DNA of 61,451 bases, filler included, from Bipalium vagum (lineage: Eukaryota), in the NCBI GenBank assembly GCA_037834085.1. It is 3 parts of 3 records of this genome, joined end to end, with 100 filler letters (N's around TTAATTAATTAA, not from the genome) between each part and the next. Parts side by side here need not be neighbours in the genome. Positions count along the whole stretch, not along the records: positions 1 to 16,208 come from JBBMKC010122677.1; 2 more parts are not named here. The stretch is one strand, 5' to 3'. A model generated the notes under the pieces. It searched no databases. It was given only the letters and a program-made list of their open reading frames with translations, and was not told the DNA's origin. A program made the translations under genes and the position numbers. This document shows positions 1-12,598 of the stretch, piece by piece. Numbering within the stretch: position 1 is the first letter of the stretch; each line of letters begins with the position of its first letter.

Positions 1-1250
1 TATCATTACTCTTTATTATATTATCATTATTATATACTATATTATCATATCATCACTATATATTATTATTATTATTACTTTATGTAAAGTTCTTAATTAT
101 ACACTCAATATTATTTTATCTTTCTCCGCTCTCTACTCCTTCCATGCCCCATCACTTTTAAACCACTATCATATTTCCACCTGTCAAATTACTCTGGCGC
201 CCACGCCCCAAGAAGTTTCATTATTTATTATTTTTATTCACCCTATCCCAGATCCTGCTTGCTGCCTCACCCAAGTATATTTTTTATTATTAATTTATTA
301 TTATTATTTAATTTATTATTATTATTATTAACTTATATTATTTTATTTATTAAAAAAAATTTGGTATTAAATAAAATTTACTAATACAATGATAAATTCA
401 TAATACAATCAAAATAAAAGAAGTCGTAAAATGTTCAATGATAAAAGAAAAGTCATAACAATATTTGATGATACCGCGATCCTGCCCAACAACTCTTCAT
501 CTTTTCCTTTTTTGGTTGACGATTCCCACAGTTGAAAGTAATTATAATTTTCAATAATAATGTCACAAATAATTAGTATTTTATCCTTAACTATAAAACC
601 AAATAAAATCTTATAATAATAGATCGCCTTGTCTGGAACTTGACAACTGCTTTAATAATCTTTGAAATTGATGATGAAAAGTTATGATAGGCTCCGAACT
701 ATGAAGTGTTAAATGATTGACAGCAGAGAAAACTGTGGAACGGATAAAAAACATCGGTTGATTTTCTGCAAATAGTTTATTGTATAGATTTACATTTGAA
801 CTGTTTTCTATGTTTAACAATTTTGTTTGGATGTTTAGAAGGTTTCGGTGATTTAAGAAATCCATACTGTGAAGATTAACATTGGTTAACATTGTCTTTT
901 AAATAATTTGGTGCTAAAAATCATGTTAAAAAGTTAGAAATTCTTTGAATTTAGAATTCTAAGCATTTTATTTGGAGAAAAAAAGTTTTGGTAATTTAGG
1001 TATTCCAGTTTATAAAGATTAAGATGATGTTAAGTGAAATTATAAATATAAGGAAACAAAATACAAACTTAAATTATAATCTTATTTTAATATTATCTTA
1101 ATACTACAAGCATAATTTGAAAAATAATTTATAGTTATTTAATTAAATGATTCGTTTAAACAATTACCTGACCTTGAATTTTGGTATAATATATATAAAT
1201 TTTACCTTTATGATAAATGGAAGACCATTATAAATATATTGATAAAGAAA

Positions 1251-1433
1251 TTAAATACAATGGAACTGACTTAATATTTTAATGATACAACCACAAGCAA
1301 TTGATAAATCATGTTGAGCGAGTGGCTGCATACTGGTTATTGAGGTCGGGATCATAAAGATACCTTCTAGATCAGGTGGTCGCTCTGGTATTCGTGTGTT
1401 GAAGACAAAACCTTCTTTGATAAGCACTCCCAT
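1251..1433 (-). mobile_element. Possible degenerate pogo/Tigger (DDE_1) transposase fragment
   Basis: Translation IFMIPTSITSMQPLAQHDLS resembles the pogo/Tigger motif FLPPNTTSxxQPLDQGII. Single motif only. Confidence 0.35.
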
Positions 1434-2249
1434 TAGTCAAGAAATTTTGTAGGAATTTCCCTACAGTTTTTTCGTACTTTTAAAAGCACATGATTGATTT
1501 GACAACTAATTTACAATAGAATCATTTTTTACAATTTTACTATATATCTTTCCAGTCATGAATTCAACTCTACTGCCGCGTATGTTAGTCAACTTCCAAA
1601 AATTACAATCAACTTAATTATATCCTAATTATTTTACAACATCAATTCTCAAGCTTTTTCCATTATTTGTATCATATTTAACACGAAGTATATTAAAAGA
1701 TATTTAAGTTAACTGAAATAGAAACTAAATAACAATGATATAACTACAAATCACCTTATGGTCTTATATGATTAAAGTTTTTGTTGGAATTGATTAATAT
1801 ATCCTTCTCTGGAATTTAAAACGATAAAATAAAAAAGAGCACTTATTTTTATTAAGTAACTTACAACATTGTTAGAACCGTCATGACTCTTTAACATCTT
1901 TACCGTGGTACAGGCGACAACGATTGGTGGCATTCCAGTTGCCTCCAGCAGAATGTCATGTGGCAAGTACGTAATAGATTCTTGATTTTCAATTAATTTT
2001 GAGGCATTCATAAATCATTTTGTTCCATAAAAAATCAAAAATGATTGTCCTCTTCAGTAGTTCCATTTCAAGATGATAAAAAGAATTAATTGTTATGTAA
2101 GATCAAATAAAACAAAATGGATTTTACTATGAACAATGTAGGAAGCAATAAATGATTATATTTGGTTTTTATTGTTAACCAAGAGTAAGCATTGTTTAAT
2201 TCAATTTAATCCCCTTTTTAGTTTTATTATTTATGAAAATTACCACTTT

Positions 2250-2670
2250 TAGTGTTCTTGTTTTATTGTTGTGACCAGTGATCTAATCCAGGACAAAATA
2301 AATTTTTTTTGTGAGGGCTCGTTACATTTTGGATAATTAGGGGATTTTACACAATCAAAAGTTGGGAGGGATAGTTTCACATCATTCAAACTTATTTGAA
2401 GTACACTGTTTTATGTAGGAATTCGGAAAAATTGAATAGAATTTTGTCGTTTTCTTTTTTTTTCATTTCTGAGGATCTAATTAAAATCAATGTCTTATAG
2501 GGTGAGCATTATTTTCATTGCTTGATATCTGTTACAAGAATCTAATATTGTTTTAAGTTTTATGTTAATGCATGAAGGATATTGGTCTGCATTGTAATGC
2601 TTCTTCTGCATAAAAATCGATAAGAATCTTGGAACCTGATCACTGTCAAAGTAAAATAAGTTAGGCTCGT
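2250..2670 (-). mobile_element. Possible decayed non-LTR retrotransposon (LINE) fragment
   Basis: Minus strand gives DSDQVP (cf. APE endonuclease SDHxP) at ~2630-2650 and PGLD (cf. pre-RT SPGxD) at ~2280-2293, in the expected order but with many stops. Confidence 0.3.
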
Positions 2671-2865
2671 TTCATAAGCATTAAAACAATAATCACAACA
2701 ATATCAAATTTATGTTTCAGCTTTTGTCATCTAAAATAAAAATTATACATAAAATTAATAATACAAATGCAAATATAAATTTATCAGTGTTGTGGTTGCA
2801 CTACAACTCTTTAAATAATAATATATATTATAATATTTATATTTATAATATAGAATTTATGTATT

Positions 2866-3885
2866 ATCGTATTTTAGCAAATATAGATCGAAGCATGTTA
2901 TGCCCTCATTAAAAGATTTTACAGAATTTCTGAAGAAAGAATTTTTAAAATTTAATCCACAGAATAATCAAATTTTCAATTTGGATAAAATTCCTATGAC
3001 ATTAGATATACCAAATACTATAACTGTTCATTTGAAAGGAGAAAAAATAATACCTATTTCAACAACTGGTAATGAGGAAAAAAACTTCATTGTTTTGCTC
3101 ATGCTGTGCTGCTGGTGGCACAAAACTAAAACCATTTATTATTTTTAAGAAAGAAAATTTGAAAAAAGAAAATTTTCCAAAAAAATATTATTATCTGTTG
3201 CACTAAAGAAAAGGCTGGATGGATGAAGACATTATGAAAGTTTGGATAAATCAATGTTTTAATGGACGTACAAATTGTTTTATCCTTCAAAAAGCATTGC
3301 TGATCTTTAATGGCAATTCATAAAATGGATATTATAAAAAAGGAACTCAAACAACCTGAAACTAATATTGTAATCATTCCTGGAGTACTAACAAGAAAAT
3401 TGCAACCTATATATATTTCTGTATATCATTAATTTAAAAGCAAGATTCTTGAAGAATGGGAGCAATGGATGATGAAAGACAATCATTTTTATACAAAGAC
3501 TGTCCGATAAAGAAAAGCATCTTATTCCGAAATCTGTAAATGGATAGGAAGTGCATGGGATCAAATAATTTCTGAAACAATTGTCAAGGGCTTTCAACAA
3601 ATGTATAAAGAGCCAATTAATTATGAATCTATTGAATATATTTTGAATAATTATTAGTATATAATGAGTATTATGATTATGAATAATTATTAAAAAATTT
3701 TGAAAATTGTTGTTTCATTTTATTTTACCAAATTTTTACTATATTTCATAATCGATTACACAATTTTTTCTGTGCAATTTTAAGTTTTTTTATGTATAGC
3801 TCGCACTTGAGTATAGTTCACAAAGCCAACTTTTTGATGAAATTTTTTAAAATGTATAGCCTGTGGGCTATATTCGCTAATAGAA
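2866..3885 (+). mobile_element. Internally deleted pogo-like (POGK-type) DNA transposon with transposase pseudogene
   Basis: Frameshifted motifs NLDKIPMTLDIP..KGEKIIPISTTGNE, GWMDEDIMKVWI, IIPGVLTRKLQP, EEWEQWM, RKASYSEICKWIGSAWDQIISETIVKGF. Imperfect TIR: ttagcaaatatag (2874-2886) vs ctatattcgctaa (3868-3880). Confidence 0.85.
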
Positions 3886-4776
3886 ATTCCTATTTTTAGT
3901 ATAAATTTGTATAAATTTTTTTAATGTATTCATATAAATATTTATATTAAATAAATCATGACTGTTGAAGTCGGTTCTACAATCTCATGGAAAGAAATTA
4001 TTCTTCATTTGAAGTAAGGTTTCATTTTTTTTCTTGTTTATATACCTACCCTTCTTTCTATTTTTTGTATTTCATTCATTAAAACAAAAGGTTAAGTTTC
4101 CCTTTCTATTTAAATTTTTTGCTTGCAATCTGTCTCCAAAAATTTATCTTCGATTTTTTTGTATTTCGTTTTGAAAAATTTTAAGTTTTAAAATTTAACT
4201 TAAAATAATTCTTTGTAAGGTTGGATTGAACCTCTATGATAATTATATCTTTGTTTGGTAGCCTTACAAATTTATTATTCACCCAACCAAACTAACTTGA
4301 ACCGAATATGGTTTAGGTTATTTTATATCAATTACTTAAATTGCGTTTTCTATAATATTTTTATTTAGGCTGATTTTAAAATAAATAATTTAATAATTGA
4401 TAAGTTATCTTGAAAAAGTCTGCTCCTTTAATATAATGACACCTACAATTAGTTATATTTTTACACTTTTAATTAAATTAATGTACTAATCTGATTTCAA
4501 TACAATTCTTAAGAAATTAATCAGCGAGAATTGTGAGACTGGTGGTATCAAAATTTTTAACAATCTTTATAAAAAATTAAGTTGAAATTTTTAAATAATA
4601 AATTTACATAAAAATATTTTGATTATTTTAAAAATATAAAACTGAATTTAAATATTTAAGCGTTTTTTAAAACTTTAATTTTTTTACTAATTTTTTGTTT
4701 ATTTAATTCACATTATTTTCTAGAAATTATTATTTTTGATTCACTTTTAATTATTATTTAACGTTTTGCACGTTTT

Positions 4777-7700
4777 ATGGATAATTTGGCAAATATTTTA
4801 AGATGCACTCTAACTCCCGACCAAAACAAGGGGGCAGAAGAAATGTTGAAGGAGGTATGAATTTAACATATATTATTCGATATTGACTTTTTTAACAGAT
4901 GAAAAAAATTATTGGATTTTGTCCCAACCTATTCAATATTGCCATGGTTAACGAAATCGAAGAGGGAGTACGACAGGCAGCAGCGGTTCAATTGAAAAAT
5001 AATGTCAATGAATTTTGGCAAATTGACGATGACCCTACTCTTTTTTCCATTCACGAAGATGACAAAGCCTATATCCGAAGTCATATTCTGAATGCAATTG
5101 TCAACGTTCCAAATGTCGTTCGCGGACTCCTATTGGAAGTTTTGCATGTGATAATAAGAAACGACTTTCCCGGTCGCTGGGTCTCTCTGCCGAACGAAAT
5201 AATGAACTTCCTCGTGTGTGATAATCACATTTACTGGCTTAACGGATACCTGTGCCTGCTGAAGTTGATAAAATGTTACGAGTTCAAAAAGAACAGCCAA
5301 CGATCGGTGCTCAACCAGAATATGTCAGCATTTTTAGAAATTATGAAGAAGCACATGGAATTCCTATTCAACGACCAATCAGAAGTCAGCGTCACGATCC
5401 AGAAACATATTCTGAAGATTTACTACACCTACACACATCTGCACCTGTGCCTTGAGGTAGTCACCAAAGAAGTGTTCACATTTTGGTTGGACATTCTGTG
5501 TGCTGTTAGCACAAGACTCGTTCCCGAAGAGATTAACAGCGTTGAACCAGAGGACCGACCGGATCTGATGTGGTGGAAATGCAAGAAATGGTCATTGCAC
5601 ATTCTCTCGCGGTTCACGGACCGATACTCGAACCCGTCGTCGGTGATCAAGATGTACAAAGATTTCAGCAATTGGTTCTCCAGTGCGTTTACGGAAAAGA
5701 TCATCCAGACGCTCTTCACAATTTGCGAGCAATATAGTCGCGGGACATACATCGTCCCACGTATGCTGACGTTCGTCATAACAAGCTTCGAGTATCTAAT
5801 CAAGTGCAGCCATTCGTGGAAGTATCTCAAGCCGCATTTGATGACGCTTGTCAAGGAAGTACTATTTAAAATGCTGTCACACACAGCCGAGGACGAGGAA
5901 CTGTGGCAAGAAGACCCAGTGGAGTATTGTCGCGTATTCTTCGATATCCTGTCCGACCCGACTCCGGCATATTCGGCGGGAAATTTGTTAAACGAGGTTT
6001 GCCTGAAGCGCAAAGGCACATTGGAGGTTGTCATGACATTTATAACGGAAGTCCTTAACAGCTCAGAGACAAGTGCAATTCACAAGGATGCCGCGTTCCA
6101 CGTTATCGGTGAAGTTTCATCTGTGCTTCTGAAACGGAAAAACTTCTCTTGCCAAATGGAGAATTTCATCATCAACTTTGTCATTCCCGTGTTTCAGGCC
6201 CCCGAAGGGTTTCGGCGTGCACGCGCATGCTGGTTGGTTGGTCAGCTGGCTGCCGCTGAGTTTCAGAATAAAAATGTGCTGACGTCTCTCATTCAACAAA
6301 CTATAAATTCGATTGCAAACGATCCAGACTTGCCAGTTAAGATTATGGCAAGTATCGCCCTGTCGGAGCTGCTTGTTCAGCAGGCCGATGATGTCAAAGA
6401 TGCTGTCGGTGCCCATCTTCACCCACTGGTTCTCCAAATCCTAACTCTTCTCCGTGAGACCCAAGTTGACGAGCTAAACGACGTTTTGCAAAGCGTCATC
6501 CAGATTTTTATTGCAGAAATCGTTCCGATCGCCTTGGATACTACGACGCACTTGCGTGATACAATCCAGCCAATGCTGGCCGAAGAAATCGATGACAACA
6601 AGCAGTTAATAATAATGGGAATTCTGAGCACGGTCGAAATATTAGCTAAGGCTATGGAGGAACAGCCGACCGTTATCGTGCACCTGGAACCGGTTATCGT
6701 GTCGATAATCGAATCGATTTTCAGTAAGAAGGCGTACGACTTTTATGAGGAGGCCTATAACTTGGCGAGCAGTTTGATAAACGCAAAGATCTCGCCCACC
6801 ATGTGGCAGGTATTAGTTTTCTTGAAAACCGTTGTTGAGAACGATTGTGACGAAATAAGTGAAATGATGCCGTTACTATCCAAATACGTTACCGTTGACA
6901 AGCCGTCATTGGTAATGGATCCCATCAGAATACAGACTGTCTTTGAAATATGCTCGCTCGTTCTGAACAGCTCAGATATAAACGAAACTTTCGAACCGTA
7001 TGGTGCCAAATTACTAGAAATGATGTTGATTGATTATCGTGGACAGATAGATGAATATGTTCCGAGATTTATTGAGTTAGTCTTGACTAGACTGACACGC
7101 AAAGCTGAGCAGAGTGAGCTGCGAACCATGTGCATCCAGGTGATCATTGCAGCTTTGTATTATAACCAATCGCTGACGTTGAACATGTTGACCAATCACA
7201 ATTGGCCAGGAACATCGAGTTTAATTTTCGATGAATTTGTGTCTCGTCTGTATAATGATATGGATTGCTTTTTGGGTATTCATGATCGAAAATTGTATAT
7301 TATTGGTTTGAGCATGTTGTTGTCGTTGCCAAAACAACAGAGACCGGGCTCCTTGGAGCAATTGGGTGGCAAGATTATGCCTCCGTTGATCAAATTTATG
7401 GACACACTGAAGAACACTTATATCAACAACAAAGACGATGATGACGATGATGATGAGGACGACGAAGAAGAAGAGGGTGACGAAAAAGCTCTGGATACTG
7501 ACGAAAACGAAGAGGACGACGAAACAGTTCAGTACATGGAGATGTTAAATGACAGTGACAACGGTATTTTATCCGGTGACGACGTAGATGAGGACAACAG
7601 CGATGATGACTTGCCGGAATACACGACGGAGCTGGAAGAGTTCGAGACCGAATTGGATAAAAAAGAGCTTGAAATGTCGGAATTCATTCACTTTTACAAT

Positions 7701-7868
7701 GTCATTTCCCAACTAAACAACAGCGATCCAGAGTGGTATTGTTTATTGACATCGTCGATGACTGATGAGCATAGGAACACGCTGAAAAACATTATGGACA
7801 CGGTCAATAAGATTATCAAAGAGAACGAATCTAAGAAAGAGTCAGGTTCTGTTGCCGTTCAGCAATGA
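4777..7868 (+). CDS. IPO7: Importin-7 (IPO7/8 family karyopherin-beta); exons 4777-4854 and 4899-7868, ~1015 aa
   Basis: Exon 1 MDNLANILRCTLTPDQNKGAEEMLKE is followed by a 44-nt GT..AG phase-0 intron. IBN_N motif VRQAAAVQLKN, IIRNDFPGRW, WWKCKKWSLHIL.RF..RY, DEELWQEDPVEY, RARACW, DCFLGIHDRKL and a long acidic loop near the C-terminus. Confidence 0.95.
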
Positions 7869-10269
7869 TAACGTTGTGGGTTTCGGGGTCGACGAGTCGA
7901 TAAAAATCTTATTAAAATAAAAAATTACTTAGCTTTTGCTGTAAAAAAATGTTTTTTTATTTTTTTAAAAGAGAATTTTTTTAAGAAAAACAGTTTTAAG
8001 AGATGTCGACAAGCTCTTTATAGGAGAAAAGTAGTGACGTCTAGTAGCTGGACAAAACTTTGTTTTTGTTATGAATAGTAATCAACGTTAAAATCATATT
8101 GTTCTCAATTGATTTCTGTATACTTATTTATGTGTTCACCAACTAAAAAATAATGTGGTTTTTTTTTCAATTTTTATGTTTTATATAATGATAATAGTTT
8201 AAATATTAAAAATAAAGATTATTTCCGCTATTTACGACTAAAAACTGAATTTTTAAAATATTTTTCAATAGTCTGATTTTTGAAAAAACCGAAATAAATT
8301 GAGGGAGTAATGGTCAACGTGTTCTCTAACACGTAACAGTTCGTTAAGATTGGCAACTGTTTGTATTTGATCTAATCAAGTGACTTTATCGATTGCATCA
8401 GGTTGGTGCATACATCTTGACTATTAATGTAAATACAATGGATATTGTAATCAATTTTACGTGATGATTTAAAATGGAAATTGTGAAACTGTTTTAAATG
8501 TTACGCAAATTGATTTTGAAACTAAAATTGATATTTGGAAATAGTTAAACAAAATGTTTTAATTTTCATATTTATTTAGCTGACATATTTGATTGATATA
8601 GTTGTAAATGGAAATTTTTTTTAAAATCAATTTTTGAGTTGGCAGGATTTATTTAACAACAGAAAATATAATAAAAAATGTTCGCAGTTGATTGTTGAAT
8701 TGAAATTGTTATTAATTCCTTTTTACAAAATTTTCTTCAATTAATCAACTTGTCATTTATTAAATAATGTTGACTACACAATGGTTGGTTACCGTGCAGT
8801 CGTTGTTTATGAAATTTGACTGAAAACAGAAATATTCAAATATTACGTAAATTAATCGTTTTCACAATTGTTTCATTAAAATCAATTAAATATTAATTGT
8901 CATCGATATCAGATAATAATTAATCATACTTCTTATAAATACTATTCAATGTAATTATGCATAATTTCACAATGTGAGTTAGTGAAATCTAGATTTGTGT
9001 GCGTTTTTAAAATGGCACACTTCTATTTCAAATGGTGCACTTTAATTTTTTAAAAAATCAAAGTACTGGGTTATATTCTGACTGATGACCATTGTAAAAT
9101 ATCTTCATGAAATTTTAAAGTTGAAGAAAAAAGTAATATTGGTTAAAAATTTGAAATTTATTTGGGTAATTTAATCGCGAGTTTTACGTTTTTTCAATAA
9201 TAAAAGTAATATTTTTTACAAATTATTAATTATTAATAATACTTTAAAATATTTTAAATTTAAAGTCTTCTACTTTTCTAATAAATTTTTGAAAATTTTT
9301 ATTTTTTAATTTAAAAAGTTGAAGTTTAAGATTTTTGTAATTTTTAAAATATGAAATCTTGTATAAAATTTAATAAAATAAAAATTAATGAAATTATTTA
9401 GCAAATTAAAATTGATAAATATCTGTATTAATTAACAATCAGTATTTAGTCAGTTAAAATAAAAGTTCATTGAAAATTCGGTAACAACTTCTCATGCCTG
9501 TTCGTGTTCTAGATTTTGAAACTCAATATTATCATCTTGAAGATTTAAGATTTGAAAAAGTTGAAAACGAATAGGTATATTTGTGAGAGTGCCGGTCGTT
9601 ATAAATGAATTATAAGACTTTAGGCTTCTCAAAGTTAAATGATTGATCACACATTTTATAATGGATTTTTAAATAATACATAATAAATAATTAAAGGAAA
9701 ATGAGTACCTTTTAATTCATTTACTTACTGTATCTAAAATTATTGCTTTTTTGTTCCTTATTAATAAAGAGAAGACTCAAATATTAAATCTCATTTCCAT
9801 TCATAAACATAAAATAAAGACAAGACAAATAAACTAATATTAAAAAATTAAAAAGTGTCCATATTTCATCAAAAATTGTATTTTTCGACAAATTTTATTT
9901 CAGTTCTGTTTTCTGATAATTCTAAAGATAAACTTAGAAAAAAATATTTTGACTATTTATTATACATATTTAATTAATAAACTTACATATAATCAATAGT
10001 GGTTTTAACAATAAAGATTATATGTACTATAGAATTGTTGTTATTATCCTCTATTAAAATATGTAACTTTATCTGAAACTTCTGAAACTTCTCATTTGGT
10101 TAATATCGTGTTTTTTTGATTCAAAGTAATACAAAAATCTATCCTTTGTTGAATCAAATATATCACTCAAATATCAATCGAATCAATAAAATTTTGAAAC
10201 TTTATTCAAACGTTAATAAGATAAAATAAAAATAAAATGTCAGTTACATAAATATCAATTAAATTAAAG

Positions 10270-10550
10270 TTAAAGTCAAGAATAAAAGAACACAATCACC
10301 ATGATCGACAATATATCCCCGGGTTGTCCTCTTGACCCTGTTCGATCACATAATGATTCCAAAACTCGATGGGTCCCATTGTAAAATCCTACTGCAAATT
10401 GGCCATAATAATAACAATGATTACAAAAAAATATTTCCTTGGATTGTCGATAAAAGATTAATCTTCATTCTCACGAAAATTTCTTCGCATAATATTCTTT
10501 CGGATAATAATTTTCTTCTTATTAATCAACTTGATCCACATCAAAAACCC
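10270..10550 (-). repeat. Hairpin/TATA dispersed repeat, copy B, 3' part
   Basis: Reverse complement (aggattttacaatgggacccatcgagttttggaatca..aggacaacccggggatatattgtcgatcatggtga) aligns by eye to 61204-61300 (aggatttaccaagggtacccatcgtatttgggaatca..aggacaacccggggaccccttgtcgctcctggtga). Confidence 0.85.
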
Positions 10551-11613
10551 ACTTTTCAGTTTATTTAATTGTTTTTTTCATAATACGTTATTTTTCAATA
10601 AATCTAACCATATGGAAAATTCAAGAACTAACAGAAATAATTTCACACCAAATGCAAGTTGGAAATTTGTAATAAAAAAACACGAGCTAGACAACTCGAT
10701 TGTTCAAATTTTTAACGATCTGCGAGTAATTACAGCACGACTCAATCAATAATCTGGTAATTCAGAAAAAACGGAATATTCTTTAGCGAGAAAAAAATGT
10801 GGAAGAAAAGGTGAGATAACTGAAGAAATCAAAGATTTTATTAAAACAAAAATTGATCAAGATTGTTCCATCACACTTGGAAAAATCAAACCAATCCGAT
10901 GAAACTCTATTATTAGGATTGAAGCTCGATTTAACAATGAAAAATACCTTTAAAAATAGATATTAACCGGTTGACATTTCTTGATCAGTTTGGTATGAAT
11001 TGTTCGATGCGAAAATGATACAGTCGCTGTGTTATTGGTGAAATATCAAAAAACAGGTAACCTTAGTAAGAAGCCGAAAAGTTTCTGTTTGCGCTGCGTG
11101 TGAAAATGACAAATTGCTATTTTTTGAAATAAAAAAAAATGGTTATAATGGTAAAAGTTTTGAAAGTTATTTAGGAAATCTCTTGAAAACATTGAATTCT
11201 TAAAATATAACCAACCAGATATTTATTTTTGATAGCGTTAGTTTTCACAAAATGGCACAAATAAGAGAATTAGCAACGAGAAACAATCACGATTTAATAT
11301 TTTGTCACCGTATTCTCTCTAATTAAGTCTGATTGAGAAGGATGGAAAGAACATACAAGTGGCAGCAAATGCCATACCAATGAGCAGCTGCTGAGAACAA
11401 TTCAAAGTTTATAGGAGTAAATCAGATCTGAACACTGTCAAAATTATTTTTGCCATATGCATACATTTTTAATAAAAGCTGTTGGGTGTGAAAATTTTTG
11501 AATAAAAAGAAATTTTGGAGATATTGAACCTTTTTTATTTTTATATAAAATAAAATGCTTTTGCAAAAATAATTAAATATTTTTTAAAAATCAATTAAGT
11601 ATTTTGAAAAAGT
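10551..11613 (+). mobile_element. Degenerate IS630/Tc1-like transposon (DDE_3) with TIRs
   Basis: Broken ORF from 10612: KKCGRKGEITEEIKDFIKTKIDQDCSITL, RSRKVSVCAA, YNGKSFESYL, IFIFDSVSFHK, PYS..LSLIE. TIR acttttcagtttatttaattgtttttt (10551-10577) matches the reverse complement of 11586-11613. Confidence 0.8.
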
Positions 11614-11619
11614 TAATTA

Positions 11620-11800
11620 TCTATTTTGAAAACCCTATAATCCTTTCTGGGCAAATTTCTGATTGAAATCTTCGCCATATATAGTCGTAGAGATTTCTCT
11701 ACGACAACCAATATATAGGTTTGGAAATCTAATTCCTCTAATAGACCATTAATTAGAAAATATTTTTTAATGTTTACAACGAGGATTAGGAAGAAGTTCA
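11620..11800 (-). repeat. Hairpin/TATA dispersed repeat, copy B, 5' part
   Basis: Palindrome gtcgtagaga-tt-tctctacgac at 11684-11705. Reverse complement aatctctacgactatata..cagaaatttgccca matches 61005-61052, and aatggtctattagaggaattag matches aatgggctattgatggaaatag (60948-60969). Confidence 0.8.
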
Positions 11801-11849
11801 AAAATATTGCTAACGAAAACCTTTTTGAAAACCCAAGATCTTTTTCTGT

Positions 11850-12598
11850 TTAAAAAAGAGAAAAATTAGCAAATGAACTTCATAGAGCATTTAGAAAAAC
11901 TAAAATTTCTTTAAAAGTTACTTTTTATTTAAATAAAATTATATTTGAAATGCGTAATAAATCCTTGTTACAGGCGAAAAGATTAAAATAATTATAAAAG
12001 TTATTGATTTACACAAAAATTATGCTTTTACTGTTAATTTAATAATTAATAATTTAATTTAACTTTTACTGAAAATTCTATAATATACTTCAAAGAAAAC
12101 CTGAAAAACTTTGAATAGATAAAGTTATAGAATTTTACTATAAAACATTCGAAGATTTTTGTGATAATAATGAAATTGAAATTTACTAAATAGAAAATGA
12201 AGAAAAAATAGTTGTAATAGAAAGATTCAATAAAAGTTTGAAGAATAAGATGTTTAAAAATTTTCTGACAAGGAAACAGAATCTTTTACCTCACATAATT
12301 AATTTTTCTAATAAAAAATCCACCATCAATCGGTATTTCCCCTAAAAATGCATTTAATAATCCAACAAAGTTCGCAGCAAAAATTAATATAAGCAAAAAT
12401 ATTAATCCTTTAAAATATTATTGATGATAAAGTTAGAATTTTTAAATATAAAAATAAATAAAAAAAAATATAAATAAATCAATTTATTAAATTTTTATCA
12501 TAAATGAAATTTATTACACGAATCAATTTTTATATGAAATTATTGATTTAAATGTTGAAAAAATTTTAGATAAATTTTATGAGAATAAGTTGCAGTGA
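11850..12598 (+). mobile_element. Polinton/Maverick (adintovirus-type) retroviral-like c-integrase pseudogene
   Basis: KREKLANELHRAFRK, IIKVIDLHKNYAF, RKPEKL*IDKVIEFYYK..NEIEIY*IENEEKIVVIERFNKSLKNKMFK, DKVRIFKYK, FYENKLQ. There are 33 residues between the second D and E, the DD(33)E spacing of Maverick c-integrases. Confidence 0.85.

Noticed and set aside
611-2011. Minus-strand ORFs 611-892 and 1772-2011 as a host gene
   Set aside because: There is a gtaagt donor at 1859-1864, but no recognisable homology or consistent exon chain.
5252-7009. Overlapping and antisense ORFs within IPO7 (e.g. 201 aa at 5429-6034)
   Set aside because: They are shadows of a GC-richer CDS with no independent motifs.
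7866-8010. TGA readthrough/SECIS for IPO7
   Set aside because: TGA is immediately followed by TAA, and no SECIS core was seen.
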